A stretch of DNA of 64,000 nucleotides from Thermovirgaceae bacterium. GTDB lineage: Bacteria > Synergistota > Synergistia > Synergistales > Thermovirgaceae. Below, one piece after another: positions 1-8,230 of this stretch. Made by a program: the position numbers and the translations under genes. The stretch is from positions 32,001-96,000 of the forward strand of contig JAXGNU010000003.1 in the NCBI GenBank assembly GCA_040767805.1. Direction: 5' to 3'. The notes beneath the pieces are model-generated. The model did no database searches. It saw nothing but the letters and a program-made list of their open reading frames with translations, and had not been told where the DNA came from. How positions within the stretch are numbered: position 1 is the first letter of the stretch; each line of letters starts with the position of its first letter.

Positions 1-1128
1 GGGATCTGGAGTTCGGCGGCGAACTTATCGACGTCGCCGAAGGAAAGCCCTATCTTCTGCAGAGGTTCATAGACCAGCGCCGAGGTGATCGCCGCGGGGA
101 GGCGCCGGCACCCACCGAGTGTTTCCCGAGGGCATCGAGGCCTCCATGACCGGGCACGTGCCGTCATCTACATCCAGGAGGACGGCGAAGCTCCCGAGAC
201 AGTCTTCCAGGGCAGGCATGTCCTTCCTGACATGGTCCCGGCTGTTCATGTAAAGTTTTGGAACGGCTCCCCTGCCAGGACTACCACGTTGGGTCTCGCC
301 CCGCTCGCTACCTGGGTCGCCCCGGCTATCACCGCGTTGACAGGTCCTGCACAAAAACTCCTGATGTCGAAGCCCGAGGCATTCACGCACCCGGCGATCT
401 CGCAATGGCCTTGGCGAGTTCCCCCCGCCCCGCTGGTTCATGTCGCCCGCGGCTTCCTCGGAGCATTCGATGACGTAGTCGATGTCGGCCGGGGAAAGGC
501 CGGTGGACTTTAAAAGGTGAAGAAGAGCCAGCACCGATCCTGCCTTGCTGGCAATATTTTCAAGAAGAACGTGCGCGGAGAGTGATTCGTCGAGATCATG
601 CCCCTTCCTGCAACAACCGGCCACCCTGCCTCGGGAATAAAGTGGAAGGGCACCGTGTTCTTTCGTTTCCTTCTCTATCTCTGAAGAGGCATGACCTTTT
701 TCCAACCGCGTCAGGATCTTCTCGTTCATGAGCGGGTGCCTGGCCATGACTTCGCGGACTTCACCGGCGAAGGACTCTTCGAGCCAGATAATATCGAAGA
801 CATCGCAGATATCCATCAAGCCGAGGAACTCCTTCTCGGGCATGATCTCGCCGAATTTGCCGTACCGCGAGGCGCCATCGATCCTGTTACCGTACATCGG
901 GGCGGGCTGCGCCTTCAGGTCATCCAGGTCCATCCCCCCTATATAGGCTTGGTTGGGGGCGTAGGCACATGCTTCTTCATAGGACTGCATGCTTTTACAC
1001 AGTTTTTTTATGTACTCCGTCTCTCCGTGGGTGATCCTCTCAATGTACGGGGTGACCCCGTAGTGAAGCCCCAGTTCCGGGGTATGGTTTAGGCAATAGG
1101 AATAACCCCTGATAGCGACACGGGCCAT
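1..1128 (-). CDS. grdC: Glycine/sarcosine/betaine reductase component C beta subunit; runs off the window start; several apparent frameshifts in 140-420
   Basis: Motifs ENIASKAGSVLA, DYVIECSEEAAGDMNQRGGGN and KLYMNSRDHV. Alternate frames restore FAKAIAEIAGCVNASGFDIRSFCAGP and DALGKHSVGAGASP...DVDKFAAELQIP. Lies downstream of grdB. Confidence 0.9.
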
Positions 1129-1157
1129 GGGCCGCTCCTCCCTCCGTTTCTATAGAC

Positions 1158-1187
1158 GGATGGCCCGGATAAGGATCCGGGCCATCC
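1158..1187 (-). other. Perfect 13-bp stem-loop between grdB and grdC, without a U-tract
   Basis: GGATGGCCCGGAT-AAGG-ATCCGGGCCATCC on the + strand. Confidence 0.7.
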
Positions 1188-1195
1188 CTGGGTAC

Positions 1196-2503
1196 TTAAT
1201 CGTTAAAAACCGTCTGGTCCTCTACGGGCGTCTGGAGAGCCTTGAGGGCTTTCTCCACGATGGCACGCCTGATCTTCTTCTCCTCCTCGGGGGTCTTCGT
1301 CGGGTCCCCCAGGGGGTGAGGGATGGCCACCGCAGGCACGATCCTGTTCGCTCCAACGGTGAGTGAAATGGGCACTATGGTGCAGACGTGGACGACGGGA
1401 AGCCCCGCCCTTTCGATCTCTTTGACGATCGTTGCGCCGCAACGAGTGCAGGTCCCTCAGGTGGAGGTCACTATCACGGCGTCCACGTTGGCGTCCTTGA
1501 GCTTCTGGGCGATCTCCGTCCCAAAACGCCTGGCGTTGCCCACGGAGGTGCCGTTGCCGACGGTCGCATAGAAAGTCTCGTGAAATTTCTTGAAGGCACC
1601 CTCTTTTTCAAGGTCCCGCATCACGTCGACGGGCAGGACCCTGTTGGGATCGTCGTTCGCGTAGGTGGGGTCGTAGCCGCCATGGGCCGTCTCATGGGTC
1701 GAAGAGTTTATTGTCATGACGCCGGCCAGGCTGTATTCTCCGTACTTCGACGCGCTCGATGCCTCGATGTGGTCGGGGTTGCCCTTCGGTACGATGCCGC
1801 CGGAGGTCACGAGGGCGATGGTCGCGCTCTTCATGTCAGCCACCGGCGGGTTGGGAGGCACCCTGTCAAAGGTCGGCATGGGATATTCCGTTGTGAAGGG
1901 CTCTCCCTTGAGCTTCTTCACGAACATATCCACGGCCCTCTCGGCCCCGATCTTGTCCATGAAGAAGTTCACCCTTACGCCTCTTTCGATGTAGCCTTCA
2001 TCATCGGGCTTGCCTATCGGCTCGCCCTTGAGTTGCTTGAGAAGAAGGCGGGCCATGGCAGGAACCGCATCCTTCATGCCCCTGGCGCTGTCAGCTGTTC
2101 TGGCGATGTAGGTCGACTTACGGTACATGTCAACGCCGGGGTTCTCCTCGTACATACCCGACACGGTCGGTAGACCGAGGTTCTTCCTGACCGCTTCGCA
2201 GACGGCGCCGCAGGCGGTGCCGTAACGGCCGGCGTTGAAGGCCGGCCCGGCGACGACCGCGTCGGGAGAAAAGGACGCGATCAGGTCCAGGACCTCCTTC
2301 TCAGCCTTTTCAAGGTTATCGGCGAAGTAGGTGTCCCCGCAGATCACCGTTCCCACGATCTCCGCGTCAGGGGCTAAGGCCGCGTTAAAGGCTTGGCCGG
2401 GTCCTACGAAACCCTTCCTGGATTCCGGCTTATGGCCAGCCATCTCTTCACCGCCGATGCCTGCGAAGAACTGGTTGATATAATGGACTACCTTGTACTT
2501 CAT
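1196..2503 (-). CDS. grdB: Glycine reductase selenoprotein B (435 aa), Sec at TGA 1457-1459
   Basis: Starts MKYKVVHYINQFFAGIGGEE. Reading through TGA gives TST-U-GTCTRCGATIVKEIERAG...IPHPLGDP...QTVFND* (TAA 1196-1198); UxxCxxC motif. Confidence 0.96.
1429..1445 (-). promoter_or_regulatory. SECIS element of grdB
   Basis: mRNA: UGA + 11 nt + UCGUUGC-GGC-GCAACGA hairpin with a G-starting loop. Confidence 0.75.
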
Positions 2504-2537
2504 ATGATCATTTCCCCCCTTTCTTCGGGGCTGCCCT

Positions 2538-3014
2538 CTAGAGGGTGTACTTCCCGTACTGTTCACGAACTCCCTTGACGGCGTTGGCGAGGCTCTCGGT
2601 CTCGAGCACCATCTCCATCATGCCGATCTGGTCGGCCCATACCGACGGGTCGGCCTCGTCCCGGATCTCCTGTTCGAAAACGTGGTATACCGCGAGTCCC
2701 AACGGGACTCCTGCCAGGGGACCTGCGAAGGTGGGATCGCCGTTGGTCACCGTTTCCGCGTAGATTTCGGCTCCCTCGGCATCGGAGGAACCCAGGATCA
2801 CTACCAGGTTCTCCGCCCCGTACTTCTCAGCCGCGTCCTTGACGCGCTGCTGGTTCTGCAGGTCCATGGCTCCCGCGGCGGTTCAGACGAAGCACTCCGT
2901 CACGGAGAAGACGATATCCCCCCCGCAATTCTTCAGGCTTTCCTCCATGGCGGGGGCGGCCACTCCATCCCTCTCGCCCAGAAGGAGCACCTTCTTGCCA
3001 GCGAGTTTGCCCAA
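2538..3014 (-). CDS. grdA: Glycine reductase selenoprotein A (158 aa), Sec44 at TGA 2883-2885
   Basis: TTG start after [27 protein letters not shown]...[17 protein letters not shown]...[11 protein letters not shown]; CxxU motif. Confidence 0.96.
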
Positions 3015-3057
3015 ATCAGGCACCTCCTTTAAAGTCAAAGATTTTTAGTGCTGATAC

Positions 3058-4344
3058 CTAGATAGTGTAGGCGCCGATCCGGCTGAAGCCGAGTTCGCTG
3101 GTCGCCCCGGTTATCGCCTGGATCTCCACCTCGATGGAACCGTCCTCCCTCAGGGAACCCTGGAAACCCCCGGCGATCACATTGGCCGTGTCGGGGAGCC
3201 CAATGATCCTCTCCATCCTTGGCAGCACGATGATCTCGTTGGCGTTGGCCGCCGTAACGACGGCATCGGCTTCGGGACAGGCGTCGGCCAGGGACTGGCT
3301 GGCCCCGTCCCTGCCCGCGTATTCGTCGGTTACCAGGACGGTCTTGATCCCGCCCTGTTCAGCATTGCGGCAGTTCATGATCAGGTCCGTATCGGGGTTG
3401 CCGAAACCTTCCTCGCTGATGATCACGCCTTCGACACCAAGCATCTTGGCCAGTTTCACGGCATAGGAGGAACTGCGCTTCTTGTCGGCGAGGGTGGTAT
3501 TCTCGTTGGTGATGACGCAGCCGACGAAGTTGAAATCCTTGCCGTGCCTTTTGTACATGTGCTGGATTATTGGGTTGTTCTGGTGAGAATAGGTATTGTT
3601 CTTGTCACAGGCGGAAACACAGTTACCGGAGACGATCGCCCCGTCCATGACCTCGTTGGGGTGAATTAGGGTAGGGATGATCCTCTTGGCATCGACACCG
3701 TAGACATAGGTATCGTGTAGAAGCCCCTGGGACTGCAGCATGTACAGGTAGGCCACCTTCGGGAGCCCCGGGAAGGACGTCATGGCCTTGGCGAGGTCCG
3801 GCAGGCAATAGCTTTCGACCTCTCCCCCGGTCGCGCCCTTGGCGGCAGCCGCTAGGTAGTGTGCCGTCTTCAGGCCGGCGAGCCGGCAAGCGGACTCGTA
3901 TTCGTGCTTTTCCAGGCCTTCGACGGGTTCGACGACCAGCACCACGTTGAGGGTCTTGGAAAAGGGCGTGTATTCCGCTCCCGGACCCGACATGTCGATG
4001 ATGCCTTCCTGGAAACCCACGATCTTCCCGCAGGTTACCACGGCGGCGCCGCTTAGGACGAGGGTGATGCCTTCACCCACCGTCTCAACGTCACCGATAA
4101 AGCCCGGGAACACCTCTCCAGGCCCTTCAAGTTTGCACCTCGGCTCCACCACGTCCTTGACCGGCAGGATTCTAGTGCTCTCCCCCGGCAAGGCAAGCTC
4201 AACCTTGGCGCTGGAGAACCTCTGGTCCTTCATCACCATGTCGACGATCTCACGTCGGTTCACCCTTAAAACCCCGTCTTTGAAGGAAGTCTTGTCTCCG
4301 TCCAGAAGGGACTTTACGGCTACTCTCTTGAGTTTAAGTTCCAA
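3058..4344 (-). CDS. grdE: Glycine/sarcosine reductase component B proprotein (pyruvoyl-forming)
   Basis: 428 aa; LQSQGLLHDTYVYG, EVMDGAIVSGNCVSACDKN cleavage region, EEGFGNPDTD. Confidence 0.93.
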   Translation of the reverse strand: MELKLKRVAVKSLLDGDKTSFKDGVLRVNRREIVDMVMKDQRFSSAKVELALPGESTRILPVKDVVEPRCKLEGPGEVFPGFIGDVETVGEGITLVLSGAAVVTCGKIVGFQEGIIDMSGPGAEYTPFSKTLNVVLVVEPVEGLEKHEYESACRLAGLKTAHYLAAAAKGATGGEVESYCLPDLAKAMTSFPGLPKVAYLYMLQSQGLLHDTYVYGVDAKRIIPTLIHPNEVMDGAIVSGNCVSACDKNNTYSHQNNPIIQHMYKRHGKDFNFVGCVITNENTTLADKKRSSSYAVKLAKMLGVEGVIISEEGFGNPDTDLIMNCRNAEQGGIKTVLVTDEYAGRDGASQSLADACPEADAVVTAANANEIIVLPRMERIIGLPDTANVIAGGFQGSLREDGSIEVEIQAITGATSELGFSRIGAYTI

Positions 4345-4375
4345 TTAAGTTTCCCCCCTTTCGAATAACCCATCG

Positions 4376-4699
4376 CTATTCGGCCCACTCCTTTACCCTC
4401 TCCTCGATCTTTTCAGCCACTGCCTCGGCTCCACTCAGCCTGGGGCCGTCCTCCTTCCCTCCCTTGTAGAACAGGAAGGTCGGCACCCCCATGACTCTGA
4501 GGGATATGACGAGCTTGCGGTTCTCGGCGACGTTGAGCTTGCAGAACTTGACCTTGCCCTCGTATTTGCGGGAGATCTCCTCCACCTTCGGCATCAGCGC
4601 CAGGCAAGGGCCGCACTGCGGACCCCAAAGGTCAACCAGCACAGGAAGGTCGCTCTTCAGGACCTCTTCTTCGAAGTTTTCCTTGTTCAATTCGATCAT
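4376..4699 (-). CDS. trxA: Thioredoxin (glycine reductase-associated)
   Basis: WGPQCGPC active site, GVPTFLF; ATG overlaps the grdX stop (ATGA). Confidence 0.93.
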   Translation of the reverse strand: MIELNKENFEEEVLKSDLPVLVDLWGPQCGPCLALMPKVEEISRKYEGKVKFCKLNVAENRKLVISLRVMGVPTFLFYKGGKEDGPRLSGAEAVAEKIEERVKEWAE

Positions 4700-5160
4700 C
4701 TTTTCACCTCCCTTCGGTTTTCTCCGCCCTTCGGGGTTTGACGGGTGCTCCCGGGTCCATCACAGGCGCCGCCTTTAAGCAAACCGTATCTCTCCATGCT
4801 GTCCTGCAGCAGGTATACATCAAGGGCGGCAAAGTCCTCCAGGTGGCGGTTTTCCACGGCGGGCTTCACGGGGTGAACACCCTCCGCCCTGTAAAGATCG
4901 ATGGCTCTCTCGAGAATGGAAAGCGATCCAAGGTCGATGCCCCTTTTTTCGTCGGGCAGTCCGACGAGGACGCTCCTGAAGTGTTGCTGGGAGGGCTGGA
5001 TGTTCCCATAAAGGGGATGGGTCAAAAGCAGCCACCCGGCATGGACGCGATCTCTCGCAAGGGTCAGCACGTTAAGGGGGCCACCCTCAACGAAGGTGGC
5101 TTTCAGTGAGAGGTCTCAAAGCCGGGCGTTATTCGTGAGGCAGTCGATCTCCTGGAACAC
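4696..5160 (-). CDS. grdX: GrdX family protein with an in-frame TGA at codon 15 (5116-5118)
   Basis: GTG start after AGGGGG; MFQEIDCLTNNARL*DLSLKATFVEGGPLNVLTLARDRVHAGWLLLTHPLYGN...FRSVLV...DFAALD. The family motifs TNN and HPLYG lie on either side of the TGA in the same frame. Confidence 0.85.
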
Positions 5161-5162
5161 TG

Positions 5163-5192
5163 AAAAACCCCCTATTCATTGAATAGGTGGGT
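5163..5192 (-). terminator. Riboswitch expression-platform hairpin (terminator and/or RBS sequester for grdX)
   Basis: mRNA ACCCACCUAUUC-AAU-GAAUAGGGGGU-UUUU just before the grdX GTG; the 3' arm contains the SD. Confidence 0.7.
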
Positions 5193-5374
5193 CCTCTGTC
5201 CAGAAATTCTCCTACGGGAGGACACTGACGCCGAAAGGGCCTCCCGCGCCTGTCCAGAGACTTGTCCGGCCGCAATCCTTTGGCCTGAGAGTTTCGCGAT
5301 CCTGTCGATCGCTTGCCCCTTCGGCTCCCCCGCTCGAGGGAAAAGCACGGGGGTATCTCTTGCGGCCTTCATCC
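5193..5374 (-). ncRNA. Glycine riboswitch: one intact aptamer (5268-5367) plus a degenerate second domain (5193-5260)
   Basis: GGAUGAA leader; P1 GGCCGCAA/UUGCGGCC; AGAGA, GCCGAAGG, GCAA and GAAACUCUCAGG..AAAGGA conserved blocks; linker GGAC then CUCUGGA...GGACAGAG. Confidence 0.88.
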
Positions 5375-5389
5375 AAAAATTCCTTGTTG

Positions 5390-5418
5390 ATTTTCTCATG
5401 ATGAAAGGGAAAGGTCAA
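5390..5418 (-). promoter_or_regulatory. Putative sigma70 promoter of the grd operon
   Basis: TTGACC-17 nt-GAAAAT with a TG extension, 15 nt upstream of the riboswitch leader. Confidence 0.55.
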
Positions 5419-5428
5419 CGAGGCGGTG

Positions 5429-5455
5429 AAAAAAGCGGGGGCTTCAAGCCCCCGC
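5429..5455 (-). terminator. Intrinsic terminator after the NSS transporter
   Basis: GCGGGGGCT-TGA-AGCCCCCGC-TTTTTT. Confidence 0.85.
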
Positions 5456-5483
5456 CGGGTCAAAGACGAAATAGAGGCGGTTC

Positions 5484-6812
5484 TTACCACTTGAGCCCCG
5501 TGATGAAGATATAGGCTATGGCGATCGGGGCCACGACGCGGCATGCCCATAGCCAGACCGTGTAAAGGCCGAAGGGTACCGTGCCGTCGTTCGTGACTTC
5601 CTGCTTCGCGCCCTCGGTCCAGAACCAGCCCACGAAGAGGGCTATGAACAGGCCCCCGAGGGGGAGAAGGATGTTGGAAGCCAGGAAGTCGGCGGAATCA
5701 AGGAAATCCCTTCCCGCAAGGGTGGGGAGCTTCCCGGCGACGCCCAACACGGAAGGGATCCCCAGCAGGAAGATGCAAAAACCCATGAGCCAGGAGGCCT
5801 TGGTCCTGCTCCACTTCATCTCGTCGATGAAATAGGCGGAAACGACTTCCAGCAAGGAGATGGCCGATGTGAGGGCGGCGACAAAGAGCAGAACGAAGAA
5901 CAGTGCCGACCAGATCATCCCCCCGGGCATCTTCCCGAAGACGTTGGGAAGGGTTATGAAGGTGAGCCCCGCACCGGCGCCGGGTTCGATACCGAAAGCG
6001 AAGACGGCGGGAAAGATGACGAGGCCCGCCAGGAAGGCGACGGCGGTGTCAATGAAGCAGACCTGGAAGGCCGCACCGGGAAGGGTCTCCTTCTTACCCA
6101 CGTAACTGCCGTAGGTGATCATGCACCCCATGCCCAGGGAGAGTGAAAAGAAGGCCTGGCCGAGGGCCGCCCCGAAGGCGCCGCCGGTCAACTTGCTGAA
6201 GTCTGGTTTAAGGTAGTAGGCGATGCCGGCGCCGGCGCCGGGAAGCGTCACGGCTCGGACGATCAGGATGAGCAGTACGACGAAGAGGGAGGGCATGAGG
6301 ATCCTGCAGTACTTCTCGATCCCTTCGCCGATTCCTTTATAGATAATGTAGATGGTGACGAACATGAAAAAGGCCTGCCAGGCTATCACGAGGGGTACGT
6401 TGGTCACGAAGGAACCGAAGGCCTCCCCGGCGTCGGCCTGCATAAGCCCGGTGAAGGATTTGAGCACGTAGGCCATGGTCCAGCCGCCGATGACCCCGTA
6501 GTAGGAGAGAATGATGAAGCCGGCGATTACCCCCATCCAGCCCACGATGGGCCACGCCCCGCCCTTGGTCTTTCGAAAGGCCCCGACGGCGTTAAGCTGA
6601 GAGTTGCGGCCGATGGCCATTTCGGCGAGCATGACGGAGAACCCGATAACGAAGACAAGGATCACATAGATCAGGACAAAGGCCGCCCCTCCATGCAGAC
6701 CGGTGATGTAAGGGAAACGCCAGATGTTCCCCAGGCCCACCGCGGAGCCAGCGCAGGCAAGGATGTAACCCCACCTGGTACCCCACTGTTCGCGTTGCGT
6801 CTCGTTGCTCAT
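5484..6812 (-). CDS. Sodium-dependent amino acid transporter (NSS/SNF family)
   Basis: REQW...GSAVGLGNIWRFPY, GQAFFSLSLGMG; ATG 6812 after AAAAGGAGGG. Confidence 0.93.
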   Translation of the reverse strand: MSNETQREQWGTRWGYILACAGSAVGLGNIWRFPYITGLHGGAAFVLIYVILVFVIGFSVMLAEMAIGRNSQLNAVGAFRKTKGGAWPIVGWMGVIAGFIILSYYGVIGGWTMAYVLKSFTGLMQADAGEAFGSFVTNVPLVIAWQAFFMFVTIYIIYKGIGEGIEKYCRILMPSLFVVLLILIVRAVTLPGAGAGIAYYLKPDFSKLTGGAFGAALGQAFFSLSLGMGCMITYGSYVGKKETLPGAAFQVCFIDTAVAFLAGLVIFPAVFAFGIEPGAGAGLTFITLPNVFGKMPGGMIWSALFFVLLFVAALTSAISLLEVVSAYFIDEMKWSRTKASWLMGFCIFLLGIPSVLGVAGKLPTLAGRDFLDSADFLASNILLPLGGLFIALFVGWFWTEGAKQEVTNDGTVPFGLYTVWLWACRVVAPIAIAYIFITGLKW

Positions 6813-6944
6813 GCTGATATCCCTCCTTTTGAAACTAGGCTTGGACTGCCTCAAAACTGAACTCAAGGCTCGCTCAACTGGATACTCCCTTTGCTTCCCT
6901 TCCGCGCGAACACCTCCTTCGCTTTACCTCATAAACCTGATGGA

Positions 6945-6973
6945 ATTATAAAGCCCACCCTTTCTTTTGGCAA
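6945..6973 (-). promoter_or_regulatory. Sigma70 promoter of the NSS transporter
   Basis: TTGCCA-17-TATAAT; a second candidate TTGACT-16-TATAAT lies at 7034-7061. Confidence 0.65.
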
Positions 6974-7085
6974 TCGCAACAGCACCTCGGCCCGGGAAGG
7001 TTTTAAAGTCCCTCAGGGTCATGATTGCAGCGCATTATATAACAAAGGGTGAGCCAGTCAATGGGGAAGGCTCATTATGTCCTGG

Positions 7086-7880
7086 TTAACTCCATCGACG
7101 GTAAATCTCGGGCCTCCTTGAAGAGACCACCTTGTGCTCGCTCCGGGCGGCCTCCACCCTGGAGAGGTCAAGGACCACCCTCTCGAAGCGAGGCGTGTCG
7201 TCCAGGTGCAGGATCAGGTCACCAAAGGGGTCGACCACGAGGCTCTGCCCTCCGAAGGAGGAGTTTTTACCCCTGTCGCACCGGTTGACGCCGACGACGA
7301 AGACCTGGTTCTCGATGGCCCTGGAAATGAGAAGGGCCCTCCAGAGGCGGGCGTACTCGGCCTTCCACGCTGCCGGGACGAAGAGGATCTTGGCTCCGCC
7401 CGAAGACAGGCAGGTCGCCAGTTCCGGGAACTCCGCGTCAAAACATATCATGACGCCGCAGGGAAGCCCTCCCATATCAAAAGAACCGGGAGACACGCCG
7501 GGGGAGAGGATATTGGGTTCGTCCAGGCCGGGATAGAGATGGACCTTGTCGTAGCGGAAGGCGATCTCTCCTTCGGGAGAGAAGACAAGGCATCGATTCC
7601 TCGGCCCGGCAGCCGTCGACAGGGCCATGCTGCCCCCGATTATCCAGGTCTCGTTCCTGCAGGCCGCCTCGGCCATGGACCCCACGAGGGGGTTGTTCTC
7701 ATCGATGAGGACATGGGGCCCCAGGAGAGGGAAGGCGACGTTCCACAGTTCGGGCAAAACCAGCACGTCACAGCCGCTCCTCGCCCCGTCGCGGACCTGT
7801 CCGAGCACGTACCTTGCGTTCCTGGCCGCGTCCTCACGGATCACCTCAAGTTGAAGAAGGCCCACCCTCAATCGTTCCAT
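7086..7880 (-). CDS. Carbon-nitrogen hydrolase (nitrilase/omega-amidase family)
   Basis: E-K-C triad motifs LPELW, YDKVHL, ICFDAEFPE; RAIENQ. Confidence 0.9.
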   Translation of the reverse strand: MERLRVGLLQLEVIREDAARNARYVLGQVRDGARSGCDVLVLPELWNVAFPLLGPHVLIDENNPLVGSMAEAACRNETWIIGGSMALSTAAGPRNRCLVFSPEGEIAFRYDKVHLYPGLDEPNILSPGVSPGSFDMGGLPCGVMICFDAEFPELATCLSSGGAKILFVPAAWKAEYARLWRALLISRAIENQVFVVGVNRCDRGKNSSFGGQSLVVDPFGDLILHLDDTPRFERVVLDLSRVEAARSEHKVVSSRRPEIYRRWS

Positions 7881-8002
7881 GCTCGTCCCCTCAATGCTAG
7901 ACTACCCCCTGGGACACGAAGGGGCAAGTTCAATGATAAACTAGGGTGAAGGTCGGGCCGGTGCCCGTTGGCAACGGCCCGGGGGAAGGGAGTGGAGCGG
8001 CG

Positions 8003-8230
8003 GTGTGCCTGGCAATCCCGCACAGGGTGATCGCATTGAAAGGACCTAACAAGGCCTTGGCCTTGGCCGGCCCGGTGGAAGTCGAGATAAGGACCGACCT
8101 CGTCCCTCACGTCAAAGAGGGGGATATGGTGCTCGTCCACGCGGGCTTTGCCATCGAAAGGCTCCTCGAGGAGGAAACAGGGGAACTGGAAAAACTATGG
8201 GAGGAGATCCGTGAGCTTGCAGGCCCATAG
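8003..8230 (+). CDS. hypC: Hydrogenase maturation chaperone HypC
   Basis: GTG start giving MCLAIP; GDMVLVHAGFAI. Confidence 0.93.
   Translation: MCLAIPHRVIALKGPNKALALAGPVEVEIRTDLVPHVKEGDMVLVHAGFAIERLLEEETGELEKLWEEIRELAGP

Noticed and set aside
1..1128. grdC, glnA and livG as true pseudogenes or programmed frameshifts
   Set aside because: Multiple clustered indels with no slippery-site pattern fit consensus error better.
5172..5550. Short ORFs in the grdX-transporter spacer
   Set aside because: The region is explained by a terminator, a promoter and the glycine riboswitch.
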